A stretch of DNA of 38,153 nt from a virus. Position numbers and translations under genes: made by a program. Shown here piece by piece: positions 18,786-28,007 of this stretch (within the stretch, counting starts at the first letter, position 1; every line of letters begins with the position of its first letter). The notes beneath the pieces were generated by a model that saw only the letters and a program-made list of their open reading frames with translations, did no database searches and was not told the origin of the DNA. Location of the stretch: UHGV virus genome UHGV-0081093, one strand, 5' to 3'.

Positions 18786-19250
18786 ATGAAGTTTGTTGCG
18801 CCAGAACAGGCACCGGAACAGGCGGAAATCATCAGAAATACGCCGTTCTGGCCTGATGTGGACCTGTCGGAGTTTCGCTGTGTCATGCGCACTGACGGCA
18901 CGGTGACGCAGCCGCGTTTAAAGCAGGTTGCGCTGTCGGCAATTTCGGAGGTCAACGCAGAGCTGTATGAGTTTCGCAGACGTCAGCAGATGCTGGGATA
19001 TGCCTCGCTGGCAGAGGTTCCGGCGGAACAGCTGGACGGCAAAAGCGAGCGCATTCATCACTATTTCAACGCGGTTTACTGCTGGGCACGCGCCATGCTC
19101 AACGAGCGTTATCAGGACTATGACGCCACAGCATCCGGTGTGAAGCGGGGCGAGGAACTGGTAGAAGCCAGCGGTGATTTGTGGCGTGACGCCCGCTGGG
19201 CCATCAGCCGGGTGCAGGATGCGCCGCACTGCACAGTGGAGCTTATCTGA
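18786..19250 (+). CDS. L: Head completion/stabilisation protein (P2 gpL-like)
   Basis: ATG 18786 with AGGAGAAAG RBS, about 154 aa; the track ORF from 18723 is an upstream extension. Confidence 0.75.
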   Translation: MKFVAPEQAPEQAEIIRNTPFWPDVDLSEFRCVMRTDGTVTQPRLKQVALSAISEVNAELYEFRRRQQMLGYASLAEVPAEQLDGKSERIHHYFNAVYCWARAMLNERYQDYDATASGVKRGEELVEASGDLWRDARWAISRVQDAPHCTVELI

Positions 19251-19453
19251 TGAAAGTGCGTGCGCATCAGTATGACACGGTGGACGCGCTTTGCTGGCGT
19301 CATTACGGGCGCACGCAGGGTGTCACGGAGCAGGTACTGAAGGCAAATCCGGGGCTTGCCGAATACGGCCCCTTTTTACCTCACGGGCTGCAGGTGGAGC
19401 TGCCGGACATACCGACCACCACCACCGTGCAGACCGTCCAGCTATGGGACTGA
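19250..19453 (+). CDS. X: Tail protein X-like (67 aa)
   Basis: 67 aa, the same length and position as P2 gpX; start overlaps the L stop. Confidence 0.7.
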   Translation: MKVRAHQYDTVDALCWRHYGRTQGVTEQVLKANPGLAEYGPFLPHGLQVELPDIPTTTTVQTVQLWD

Positions 19454-19456
19454 ATT

Positions 19457-19672
19457 ATGACGCTTGAGCGAATCAGCGCCTTTATCACGTATTGCATCGC
19501 CGTCGTGCTGGCCTGGCTGGGCGATTTGTCCATCAAGGATGCCTCAACGCTGGGCGGCCTGATGATTGGTGTGCTGATGCTGGCTATCAACTGGTACTAC
19601 AAACACAAAGCCTACCAGCTTCTGCGCGACGGGCAGATCTCGCGGGAGGACTATGAATCCATCAATCGTTAA
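19457..19672 (+). CDS. Holin (two-TMD, pinholin-like)
   Basis: 71 aa with two hydrophobic segments (ISAFITYCIAVVLAWLG, LGGLMIGVLMLAINWYY) and a charged C-terminus, immediately upstream of the lysin gene. Confidence 0.6.
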   Translation: MTLERISAFITYCIAVVLAWLGDLSIKDASTLGGLMIGVLMLAINWYYKHKAYQLLRDGQISREDYESINR

Positions 19673-20165
19673 ACGCTGCCTTGTCGGGGCCGTGCTGGCT
19701 ATTGCTGCCGCGCTACCGGGTTTTCAGCAGCTTCACACCTCCGTGGAGGGGCTGAAACTGATTGCCGATTACGAAGGCTGTCGTCTGCAGCCGTATCAGT
19801 GCAGCGCGGGTGTCTGGACCGACGGCATTGGTAATACATCTGGCGTCATTCCAGGCAAAACCATTACGGAACGACAGGCCGCGGAAGGGCTGATCTCCAA
19901 CGTGCTGCGTGTGGAGCGGGCACTGGAAAGGTGTGTGAAGCAACCGCCACCGCAGAAAGTGTATGACGCGGTGGTGTCATTTGCCTTCAACGTGGGGACA
20001 GGCAATGCCTGCAGTTCCACGCTGGTGAAATTGCTCAATCAGCGGCGCTGGGCGGATGCGTGCCGACAGTTGCCGCGCTGGGTTTATGTAAAAGGTGTGT
20101 TTAATCAGGGGCTGGATAACCGCCGTGCGCGGGAGATGGCCTGGTGTTTACAGGGAGCAAACTGA
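19653..20165 (+). CDS. Endolysin (lysozyme family) with SAR-type N-terminal signal-anchor
   Basis: YEGCRLQPYQCSAGVWTDGIGNT lysozyme catalytic region; the N-terminal Gly/Ala-rich hydrophobic segment CLVGAVLAIAAALPG is typical of SAR endolysins. Confidence 0.8.
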   Translation: MNPSIVKRCLVGAVLAIAAALPGFQQLHTSVEGLKLIADYEGCRLQPYQCSAGVWTDGIGNTSGVIPGKTITERQAAEGLISNVLRVERALERCVKQPPPQKVYDAVVSFAFNVGTGNACSSTLVKLLNQRRWADACRQLPRWVYVKGVFNQGLDNRRAREMAWCLQGAN

Positions 20166-20166
20166 A

Positions 20167-20544
20167 ATGAAAAAGAAATTAATCAGCGGACTGTTTCTGA
20201 TGTTATGGATGGCGCTGTTAATCGCAGCAATGGTGTATCCGCAGGGGATTTTTCCGGTACTGGCAGCGTCCGGCGTTTGGGTAGCCTGTTTGCTGACATG
20301 GGCGGTAATTCCGGTAGCACTGGCTGCGTTAATTAAGAATGGCCCGCTCTGGCAGGAGTTAAGGGCATCTTTGCTGAAGACAATTACCCGAAAAGAAAAC
20401 GTATTTATCAGTTGGGTGATGCGATTGCTGATTATCGTAAGTCTCGCCTGGACGGGGTGGGCCATTACCCTGGTCTTTTATCTGCTGACCGTTATTGCCT
20501 TCTGGATCACTCGTAACCAGATGGCGCAACAGGTAGCAGCATGA
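20167..20544 (+). CDS. Membrane protein (LysA-like lysis accessory)
   Basis: ATG 20167 with GGGAGCAAA RBS; multi-pass hydrophobic protein in the lysis cassette. Confidence 0.5.
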   Translation: MKKKLISGLFLMLWMALLIAAMVYPQGIFPVLAASGVWVACLLTWAVIPVALAALIKNGPLWQELRASLLKTITRKENVFISWVMRLLIIVSLAWTGWAITLVFYLLTVIAFWITRNQMAQQVAA

Positions 20545-20969
20545 ACCGGTTGCTGCTGGTTGTGCTGGCGTTATTACTGGCGTCGCTGGGCTGGCAGACG
20601 TGGCGGCTGGCTGATGCCAGCCAGACCATCAGCACGCAGGCAGACGAGCTGCGGAGCAAAAGTCAGGCACTGGCAAAGAGCAACAGCCAGCTTATCAGCC
20701 TGTCCATTCTGACTGAAACCAATAACCGGGAGCAGGCGCGGCTCTATGCCGAAGCAGAACAGACCAGCGCGCTGCTGAGACAACGACAACATCGGATTGA
20801 GGAACTGAAACGTGAGAACGAGGATTTACGCCGCTGGGCTAATACTCCTTTGCCTGCTGACATTATCCGGCTGCGGGAACGTCCGGCACTCACCGGAGGT
20901 GCAGCTTACCGTCAGTGGTTGTCCGCGAGTGACGCCGTGTCAGCTGGATCAGGCAGCGCCACACAATAA
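20541..20969 (+). CDS. Inner-membrane spanin (LysB / Rz-like)
   Basis: N-terminal TMD (LLLVVLALLLASLGW) followed by a coiled-coil-like periplasmic region. Confidence 0.65.
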   Translation: MNRLLLVVLALLLASLGWQTWRLADASQTISTQADELRSKSQALAKSNSQLISLSILTETNNREQARLYAEAEQTSALLRQRQHRIEELKRENEDLRRWANTPLPADIIRLRERPALTGGAAYRQWLSASDAVSAGSGSATQ

Positions 20970-21102
20970 CGGTGATCTGAACGCATTGCTGGATGAAACG
21001 GAGGCCGCCTGGGCGGTCTGTGCAGACAAAGTGGACATGATTATTGCGTGTCAGGAGCGAAACAGTGAACAAACCACAATCCCTGCGCCACGCCCTCAAT
21101 AA
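20812..21102 (+). CDS. Outer-membrane lipoprotein spanin (LysC / Rz1-like), overlapping lysB out of frame
   Basis: Lipobox LLTLSGC after a signal sequence; overlaps LysB in the +1 frame and extends beyond it, the arrangement I recall for P2 lysB/lysC. Confidence 0.6.
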   Translation: MRTRIYAAGLILLCLLTLSGCGNVRHSPEVQLTVSGCPRVTPCQLDQAAPHNNGDLNALLDETEAAWAVCADKVDMIIACQERNSEQTTIPAPRPQ

Positions 21103-21496
21103 AGCAGTGCCTTATGTCCGTAATAACCCGGACAAACTGCATCTGTTTGTGGATAACGGTTCGCTGGTTGCCACCGGGGCCAGCTCCATGTCATGGGAGT
21201 ACCGCTACACCCTGAACGTGGTGATTGAAGATTTCAGCGGCGACCAGAATCTGCTGATGGCCCCGGTTTTGCTGTGGCTGCGGGATAACCAGCCTGATGC
21301 CATCAATAACCCGACGTTACGGGAAAAGCTATTCACATTTGAGGTGGATATTCTGCGCAACGATGTCTGTGATATCAGCCTGAACCTGCAGCTGACGGAG
21401 CGTGTGCTGGTCAGCACTGACGGCAGTGTGTCGAGCGTTGAAGCGGTAGCGGAACCCGATGAACCTGAAGAAATGTGGACGGTGAAACGTGGCTGA
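21065..21496 (+). CDS. R: Tail completion protein (P2 gpR-like)
   Basis: Position; GTG 21065 with AGGAG RBS chosen; the track ORF begins at 21044. Confidence 0.65.
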   Translation: MNKPQSLRHALNKAVPYVRNNPDKLHLFVDNGSLVATGASSMSWEYRYTLNVVIEDFSGDQNLLMAPVLLWLRDNQPDAINNPTLREKLFTFEVDILRNDVCDISLNLQLTERVLVSTDGSVSSVEAVAEPDEPEEMWTVKRG

Positions 21497-21935
21497 ACTG
21501 CAGAAGGTGGACGACTGGCTGAGTGCTTTGCTGGCGAATCTGGAACCAGCCGCAAGAAGCCGAATGATGCGCCAGCTGGCGCAGGAACTGCGCCGGACAC
21601 AGCAGCAGAATATCAGGATGCAGCGCAATCCAGATGGCAGCAGTTATGAACCGCGCAGGGTCACAGCACGCAGCAAGAAGGGGCGCATCAAACGTCAGAT
21701 GTTTACAAAGCTGCGCACCACAAAATACCTGAAAACTGCCGCCAGTGCCGACTCTGCCAGCGTGCAGTTTGAAGGCAAGGTACAGCGCATTGCCCGTGTT
21801 CATCACTACGGCTTACGTGATCGCGTCAGCCGCAAAGGACCGGAGGTCCGTTACGCAGAGCGTCGCCTTCTGGGTGTAAATGATGATGTTGAGGCAATGA
21901 CCCGCGACATGATTCTGCAATGGCTGGCGGGGTGA
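21489..21935 (+). CDS. S: Tail completion protein (P2 gpS-like)
   Basis: 148 aa, position; overlaps the R stop. Confidence 0.7.
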   Translation: MAELQKVDDWLSALLANLEPAARSRMMRQLAQELRRTQQQNIRMQRNPDGSSYEPRRVTARSKKGRIKRQMFTKLRTTKYLKTAASADSASVQFEGKVQRIARVHHYGLRDRVSRKGPEVRYAERRLLGVNDDVEAMTRDMILQWLAG

Positions 21936-21939
21936 TTTT

Positions 21940-21957
21940 TGTATCAGCACTGATACA
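21940..21957. promoter_or_regulatory. Ogr-type late promoter activator site (TGT-N12-ACA), candidate PV
   Basis: Perfect palindrome TGTATCAGCACTGATACA immediately upstream of the V-W-J-I-H-G operon. Confidence 0.6.
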
Positions 21958-22003
21958 AGTTGCAGCACTGCCGCCTTTCTTCCCCTGATGGCAACCTTTC
22001 CCT

Positions 22004-22582
22004 ATGAACGCACAATTAACCGAAATCATGCGCCTTATCACCAACCTGATCCGCACTGGGGTAGTCACCGAAGTGGACAGGACAAACTGGCTTTGCCGGG
22101 TGAAAACGGGCGACCTCGAAACTAACTGGATTAACTGGCTGACGCTGCGCGCGGGTAATGCCCGCACATGGTGGAAACCATCAGAAGGTGAGCAGGTGGT
22201 GCTGCTGAGTCTGGGCGGCAATCTGGAGACTGCCTTTGCGCTGCCCGCTGTCTATTCGAAACAGTTCGCACCACCGTCGACGTCGGCGGACGCCTGCGTG
22301 ACAGAACATCCTGACGGTGGCTGGTTTGAATACGAACCCGCCACCGGGCGCTGGTATGTCAGGGGCATCAAATCAATGGTCATTGAGGCCGCTGACAACA
22401 TCACCATGAAAACCAGTGAGTTTGTACTGGAGGCTGACCGCACGCGCATTAACAGCGAAGTGGTGATCAATGGTGGCGTTACCCAGGGCGGCGGAGCGAT
22501 GAGTTCTAACGGGATCGTGGTTGATGCGCATCAGCATACTGGCGTCCTGAAAGGCGGCGATACAACCGGAGGCCCGGTATGA
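22004..22582 (+). CDS. V: Baseplate spike/hub protein (P2 gpV-like)
   Basis: 192 aa. The start is uncertain (ATG 22004 or 22028) because the promoter geometry leaves little or no leader. Confidence 0.8.
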   Translation: MNAQLTEIMRLITNLIRTGVVTEVDRTNWLCRVKTGDLETNWINWLTLRAGNARTWWKPSEGEQVVLLSLGGNLETAFALPAVYSKQFAPPSTSADACVTEHPDGGWFEYEPATGRWYVRGIKSMVIEAADNITMKTSEFVLEADRTRINSEVVINGGVTQGGGAMSSNGIVVDAHQHTGVLKGGDTTGGPV

Positions 22583-22938
22583 CGCTTTATAGCGGGATGA
22601 ACAATACCAGCGGCAAAGTCATTACTGATATTGACCATCTGCGCCAGTCGGTGCGGGACATTCTGCTGACGCCGCAGGGTAGCCGCATTGCTCGCCGTGA
22701 ATATGGTTCCCTGCTGTCGGCACTGATAGACCAGCCACAAAATCCGGCGTTACGCCTGCAGGTCATGTCGGCAGTGTATGTGGCGCTGAGTCGCTGGGAG
22801 CCACGGCTGACGCTGGATTCCATCACCATTAACAGCAATTTTGACGGTTCAATGGTGGTGGGACTGACCGGGCGGCGTAATAACGGTGTGCCTGTTTCCC
22901 TTTCCGTATCAACAGGAGCAGAGAATGGCAGTGATTGA
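22579..22938 (+). CDS. W: Baseplate wedge protein (P2 gpW-like)
   Basis: 119 aa, position. Confidence 0.8.
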   Translation: MTLYSGMNNTSGKVITDIDHLRQSVRDILLTPQGSRIARREYGSLLSALIDQPQNPALRLQVMSAVYVALSRWEPRLTLDSITINSNFDGSMVVGLTGRRNNGVPVSLSVSTGAENGSD

Positions 22939-23833
22939 CCTTTCGCAGTTGCCTGCGCCGCAGATTGTCGATGTGCCGGACTTTGAGACGTTGCTTGCCG
23001 AACGCAAGGCCGAATTTGTTGCGCTTCATCCGAAAGATGAGCAGGAAGCCGTGATCCGCACGCTGGAACTGGAATCTGAACCCGTCACCAAATTGCTGCA
23101 GGAGAACGCTTACCGTGAGTTGCTTCTGCGCCAGCGCATTAACGAAGCCGCGCAGGCGGTGATGGTGGCTTACGCGATGGGCGGCGATCTTGACCAGCTC
23201 GCTGCCAACTACAACGTGAAACGCCTGACGGTGACGCCTGCTGATAATGACGCTGTGCCACCCGTTGCGGCTGTGATGGAAAGCGATGAAGCGTTACGCC
23301 TGCGTGTGCCCGCAGCCTTTGAAGGGCTTTCTGTTGCGGGGCCAACTGCCGCTTATGAATTTCATGCCCGAAGCGCCGACGGTCGGGTGGCGGATGCCAG
23401 TGCAACCAGTCCGGCACCTGCAGAGGTGGTACTGACTGTCCTGAGCCGTGAAGGCGACGGAACAGCAGAAAAAGATTTGCTGGATGTGGTGGAGAAAGCC
23501 CTGAACAGTGAGAATGTCCGCCCGGTGGCTGACCGTCTGACGGTTCGCAGCGCAGAAATCATCCCGTACCGTGTGGAAGCCACCATTTTTCTTTATCCGG
23601 GACCGGAAGCAGAGCCGGTAATGGCAGCGGCAAAAGTCAGCCTGCAGAGGTACATCGCCAGTCAGACGCGGCTCGGTCGGGATATTCGCCGTAGTGCTAT
23701 TTTTGCCGCGCTGCATGTTGAGGGTGTTCAACGTGTGGAACTGGCTTCTCCGCTGGCGGATGTGGTTCTGAACAAAACGCAGGCGGCATCATGTACGCAG
23801 TGGAGCGTGACCAACGGAGGAACGGATGAATAG
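22925..23833 (+). CDS. J: Baseplate protein (P2 gpJ-like)
   Basis: Start taken at MAVIDLSQLP (ATG 22925, GGAGCAGAGA RBS), about 302 aa; the track ORF from 22886 is an extension. Confidence 0.8.
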   Translation: MAVIDLSQLPAPQIVDVPDFETLLAERKAEFVALHPKDEQEAVIRTLELESEPVTKLLQENAYRELLLRQRINEAAQAVMVAYAMGGDLDQLAANYNVKRLTVTPADNDAVPPVAAVMESDEALRLRVPAAFEGLSVAGPTAAYEFHARSADGRVADASATSPAPAEVVLTVLSREGDGTAEKDLLDVVEKALNSENVRPVADRLTVRSAEIIPYRVEATIFLYPGPEAEPVMAAAKVSLQRYIASQTRLGRDIRRSAIFAALHVEGVQRVELASPLADVVLNKTQAASCTQWSVTNGGTDE

Positions 23834-24431
23834 TCTGCTGCCACCGGGTTCAACTTCACTGGAGCGCCGACTGGCGCAGACCTGTAGCGGGATTTCTGAT
23901 CTGCAGGTGCCGCTGCGTGACTTGTGGAATCCGGCAACCTGTCCGATCAGTTTCCTGCCTTATCTCGCCTGGGCGTTCTCTGTGGATCGCTGGGACGAGG
24001 GCTGGACAGAAAGCGTCAAGCGCCAGGTGGTGAAGGATGCTTTTTATATTCATCAGCATAAAGGGACCACCAGTGCCGTGCGGCGGGTGGTGGAGCCGTT
24101 CGGCTTTCTGATCCGCATTATTGAGTGGTGGCAGATCGGAGAGGCACCGGGCACGTTTCGTCTGGATATCGGCGTGCAGGACCAGGGCATCACTGAAGAT
24201 ACCTATCTGGAACTTGAGCGACTGATAAGCGATGCCAAACCATGTAGCCGTCACATGATCGGCATGTCCATCAACCTGCAGACCAGCGGCCCGCATTGGG
24301 TGGGAGCCGCCAGCTATCTTGGCGAAGAAATCACGATCTATCCGTATATCAACGAAACAATTATTTCCGGCGGCACCGCGCATGAAGGCGGGGCGGTCCA
24401 TGTTATTGACACAATGAGAGTGAATCCATGA
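23826..24431 (+). CDS. I: Baseplate protein (P2 gpI-like)
   Basis: 201 aa, position between J and the tail fibre gene. Confidence 0.75.
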   Translation: MNSLLPPGSTSLERRLAQTCSGISDLQVPLRDLWNPATCPISFLPYLAWAFSVDRWDEGWTESVKRQVVKDAFYIHQHKGTTSAVRRVVEPFGFLIRIIEWWQIGEAPGTFRLDIGVQDQGITEDTYLELERLISDAKPCSRHMIGMSINLQTSGPHWVGAASYLGEEITIYPYINETIISGGTAHEGGAVHVIDTMRVNP

Positions 24432-25825
24432 GCACAAAATTTTATACCCTGCTGACGGATATTGGCGCGGCGAAACTTGCCAGCGCCGCCGCGCTCGGTG
24501 TGCCGCTAAAAATTACCCATATGGCGGTGGGCGATGGCGGCGGAGCATTGCCGACGCCGGACGCAAAGCAGACTGCACTGGTAAATGAGAAACGCCGGGC
24601 TGCGCTGAATATGCTTTATATCGACCCGCAGAACAGCAGCCAGATTATTGCTGAACAGGTGATCCCTGAAAACGAGGGCGGTTGGTGGATACGTGAAGTG
24701 GGCCTGTTTGATGAGTCCGGGGCATTGATTGCCGTGGGCAACTGCCCGGAAAGCTATAAGCCGCAACTGGCTGAAGGCAGCGGGCGCACCCAGACCGTGC
24801 GCATGGTGCTGATTACCAGCAGTACGGACAATATCACCCTGAAAATCGACCCTGCTGTAGTGCTGGCAACCCGTAAATACGTGGATGATGAAGTCCTGGA
24901 ATTAAAGCTGTATGTGGATGACCAGATGAGAAACCACATTGCCGCACAAGATCCTCATACCCAGTATGCGCAGAAACATAATCCGACATTTACCGGAGAA
25001 CCAAAAGCGCCGACGCCTGCAGCAGGAAATAACACCACGCGGATTGCGACCACTGAGTTTGTTCAGGCCGCTATTACTGCTCTGATTAACGGTGCGCCAG
25101 CCACGCTGGACACACTGAAAGAAATTGCCGCAGCCATTAACAATGACCCGAAATTCAGTACCACCATTAACAATGCGCTGGCACTAAAAGCGCCGCTGTC
25201 GAGTCCGGCACTCACCGGAACGCCAACAGCACCTACTGCGGCGCAGTCGGTCAACAATACACAGATTGCCACTACGGCTTTTGTGAAATCGGCGATTGCA
25301 GGAATGGTGGGTTCTGCACCTGCGGCACTGGATACACTGAACGAACTGGCGGCGGCACTGGGGAATGATCCGAACTTTGCCACGACAATGCTTAATGCGC
25401 TGGCAGGTAAACAACCGCTGGACAATACGCTTACCAATTTGAGTGGAAAGGATGTAGCTGGTCTTCTCACATACCTTGGTTTGGGAGAAGCGGCAAAACG
25501 GAATGTGGGAACAGGGGAAAATCAGATACCAGATATGTCTGCATTTCCATCTGGCAAAAACTGGTTTCAGTTACCAAGTGGTCATATTGTCCAAATGTTT
25601 TCGATGAATGTTTATGGGGCGGACACTAACGGAACTACAGGTAATTTCCCTATTGCATTTCCTTCAGGCGCACTGGCTGTTAGTGCCTTATGGTCAGATG
25701 GCACATTAACGGCTGCTCCGACCTTTAAACTTATGGGGTACACGACAACAAGGACATCAGTAACCTTAAAAGTATCAACCGGAAATGGTTTGTATGGAAC
25801 TATGATTATCGCAATAGGAAGATAA
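24428..25825 (+). CDS. H: Tail fibre protein (P2 gpH-like); constant N-part plus currently expressed variable C-part
   Basis: 465 aa with repeated ...TTEFV.AAI..L.NGAPA.LDTL.E.AAA..NDP.F.TT..NALA.K.P... blocks typical of tail fibres. A crossover site lies at codons ~346-354. Confidence 0.85.
   Translation: MSTKFYTLLTDIGAAKLASAAALGVPLKITHMAVGDGGGALPTPDAKQTALVNEKRRAALNMLYIDPQNSSQIIAEQVIPENEGGWWIREVGLFDESGALIAVGNCPESYKPQLAEGSGRTQTVRMVLITSSTDNITLKIDPAVVLATRKYVDDEVLELKLYVDDQMRNHIAAQDPHTQYAQKHNPTFTGEPKAPTPAAGNNTTRIATTEFVQAAITALINGAPATLDTLKEIAAAINNDPKFSTTINNALALKAPLSSPALTGTPTAPTAAQSVNNTQIATTAFVKSAIAGMVGSAPAALDTLNELAAALGNDPNFATTMLNALAGKQPLDNTLTNLSGKDVAGLLTYLGLGEAAKRNVGTGENQIPDMSAFPSGKNWFQLPSGHIVQMFSMNVYGADTNGTTGNFPIAFPSGALAVSALWSDGTLTAAPTFKLMGYTTTRTSVTLKVSTGNGLYGTMIIAIGR
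25464..25489. other. Invertase crossover site (left), 26 bp TTCTCACATACCTTGGTTTGGGAGAA
   Basis: Imperfect dyad resembling hix/gix sites (TTCTTGAAAACCAAGGTTTTTGATAA). Its partner at 27312..27337 is in inverted orientation and shares the 14-bp core TTCTCCCAAACCAA. Confidence 0.6.
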
Positions 25826-25826
25826 T

Positions 25827-26270
25827 ATGAATCAATATATTTATTCCCCTTCGGAAAATGCATTTTATGCTGTTAATTTAAAAAATACTTATGAAGTAAA
25901 TGGAACATGGCCCGCTGACGCATTAGATATTCCTGATGACATTTCTGTAAAATATATGGCGGAACCGCCACAAGGGAAAATCCGAGTTGCAGGGGAAAAT
26001 GGTTTTCCCACATGGGCTGAAATACCTCCACCATCACATGAGGAACTTATTGAACAGGCCGAATCAGAGAGGCAATTATTGATTAACCATGCCAACGAAT
26101 ACATGAACAGTAGGCAATGGTCTGGTAAAGCAGCTATTGGTCGCCTGAAGGGGGACGAGCTGGCGCAATATAATTTGTGGCTGGATTATCTGGACGCACT
26201 GGAACTGGTCGATACTTCCGGGGCGCCAGATATTGAATGGCCTACGCCTCCGGCAGTTCAGGCCAGATGA
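25827..26270 (+). CDS. G: Tail fibre assembly protein (gpG/Tfa-like), current orientation
   Basis: 147 aa; C-terminal ...DYLDALELVDTSGAPDIEWPTPP Tfa signature. Confidence 0.75.
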   Translation: MNQYIYSPSENAFYAVNLKNTYEVNGTWPADALDIPDDISVKYMAEPPQGKIRVAGENGFPTWAEIPPPSHEELIEQAESERQLLINHANEYMNSRQWSGKAAIGRLKGDELAQYNLWLDYLDALELVDTSGAPDIEWPTPPAVQAR

Positions 26271-26844
26271 CATCCGGCGCTGTGCTGGTATTTGTTGCCG
26301 TCACCGCGTCAATGTAATCCAGCACAGCGTTAAGCCGGGTTGTTTCTGCCTGCATCAACTTCCGTCCGGCCTGTAATTTCAGCTGAATCAGACTGATGGA
26401 AGCCATTGCAGCATCAATCAGTGACTGACGCTGTGCTTCTGCCGCGTCTACTGCGGCGCTATGCTGTGCCTCAGTATCGGTCACCCATTTCTCACCATCC
26501 CATTTATCGTATGGCGTTAATGGGGCGATAGTGGTTGTATTTTCGGGGTAATCACCCGGTGCTGTGATTTCTTTGGCATCTCCCGTTTCGGTGTTATAGA
26601 CGATTTCACCGCGATGGTCTGGCACATATTCCCATGAATTAAAATCTACAGAACGGCAAATTGTATAACCAGCCTTATATGTACCAGGAGCGTCTAAACA
26701 GGAATATGCTGGAATACCGACACCCACTGCAAGATATTCAGTTGATGCAGAAATATATTCCCGAGTTTCACCATCGTAGTTATAAACGGTAATATTCCCC
26801 GCCTTCGTGGCAATAAACTCGCTATTTAATACTGCGTTATCCAT
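26242..26844 (-). CDS. Alternative tail fibre assembly protein (G'), inverted
   Basis: 200 aa on the opposite strand; C-terminal ...DYIDAVTATNTSTAPDVIWPELP Tfa signature. Confidence 0.7.
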   Translation of the reverse strand: MDNAVLNSEFIATKAGNITVYNYDGETREYISASTEYLAVGVGIPAYSCLDAPGTYKAGYTICRSVDFNSWEYVPDHRGEIVYNTETGDAKEITAPGDYPENTTTIAPLTPYDKWDGEKWVTDTEAQHSAAVDAAEAQRQSLIDAAMASISLIQLKLQAGRKLMQAETTRLNAVLDYIDAVTATNTSTAPDVIWPELPEA

Positions 26845-27365
26845 TATGCAGCCCTCACGATAAAGTTAAATGCAATATTTCGTGGACGGGTCTCACTCCC
26901 ACCAGTATTACCGATACTCCCTCGTGAATGAAGTGTCGGTGATGGGATCAGACTCCCTCCTGTATTTGTGGCATCAAGTCCCCGTCCTTGTGTGTATGTT
27001 TTTTTGAAAATCGTAGCCAGTTCCCATTCATCTTTTGTGTCGTAACCATCATTGGCAACAACAATATGGCGGTGTTTTTCCAGCATCCCAGCCTGAAGGC
27101 TCAATAAAGCACGTCCAGCATCAATACCACGCCCGTCATCCCAGCCACGAATAAACTCACCACGTAAATCTGGCAATTTATTTGTCGGGTAAGCCTTTGC
27201 CAGTTCCGGGTATTCTTCAGCAGAAAAAGCTGCTCCGTTGCATTTCAGCCAGCCTGTTGGCGGAGTGGCTGAAGGCCACGGAACAGGGACACCAACAGGT
27301 AATGCAGAGCCTTCTCCCAAACCAACGTTTAAGAAAATGCAGCGATTACGACTAACTGGCATCAT
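26844..27365 (-). CDS. Alternative tail fibre variable C-terminal segment (H'), inverted and currently unfused
   Basis: Opposite-strand ORF whose 5' end contains the ...NVGLGEG... crossover junction homologous to H ...YLGLGEA...; inversion would fuse it to the constant part of H. Confidence 0.6.
   Translation of the reverse strand: MMPVSRNRCIFLNVGLGEGSALPVGVPVPWPSATPPTGWLKCNGAAFSAEEYPELAKAYPTNKLPDLRGEFIRGWDDGRGIDAGRALLSLQAGMLEKHRHIVVANDGYDTKDEWELATIFKKTYTQGRGLDATNTGGSLIPSPTLHSRGSIGNTGGSETRPRNIAFNFIVRAA
27312..27337. other. Invertase crossover site (right), 26 bp TTCTCCCAAACCAACGTTTAAGAAAA
   Basis: Inverted copy of the core of the 25464..25489 site, just upstream of the invertase gene. Confidence 0.55.
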
Positions 27366-27392
27366 CCCCGGTTTTTATTCAGGGGATTGATC

Positions 27393-27959
27393 ATGCTTAT
27401 TGGCTATGTACGCGTGTCAACAAATGACCAGAACACCGATTTGCAACGTAATGCACTGAACTGCGCGGGATGTGAGCGGATTTTTGAGGACAAAATCAGT
27501 GGCACTAAGTCCGACAGACCGGGGCTTAAAAAACTGCTCAGGACACTATCGGCAGGTGACACACTGGTTGTCTGGAAGCTGGACAGGTTGGGGCGCAGTA
27601 TGCGGCATCTTGTTACGCTGATAGAAGAGTTGCGCCAGCGCGGCGTGAATTTCCGAAGCCTGACTGACAGTATTGATACCAGTACCCCAATGGGCCGTTT
27701 CTTTTTTCATGTCATGGGTGCCCTGGCTGAAATGGAACGCGAACTGATAGTTGAACGTACCAGGGCAGGGCTGGCTGCAGCTCGTGCTAAAGGCAGAGTA
27801 GGTGGACGCCGTCCTAAGTTGACTACCGAACAGTGGGCACAGATTGGGCGTTTACTCGAGGCCGGAGAATCAAGACAGCGTATTGCACTGATTTTTGATG
27901 TAGGCGTTTCTACCATTTATAGAAAATTTCCGGCAAATAAGAGCAATGAATCTCCCTGA
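27393..27959 (+). CDS. Serine site-specific DNA invertase (Gin/Pin/Hin family)
   Basis: MLIGYVRVSTNDQNTDLQRNAL...VVWKLDRLGRSM...GRFFFHVMGALAEMERELI... is near-identical in its motifs to Mu Gin as I recall it; catalytic Ser in YVRVST. ATG 27393 with AGGGGA RBS. Confidence 0.9.
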   Translation: MLIGYVRVSTNDQNTDLQRNALNCAGCERIFEDKISGTKSDRPGLKKLLRTLSAGDTLVVWKLDRLGRSMRHLVTLIEELRQRGVNFRSLTDSIDTSTPMGRFFFHVMGALAEMERELIVERTRAGLAAARAKGRVGGRRPKLTTEQWAQIGRLLEAGESRQRIALIFDVGVSTIYRKFPANKSNESP

Positions 27960-28007
27960 ATCAGCATTATTTTGATTATTCCTGCAAGCGGAAAAATACC
28001 GTCATTT

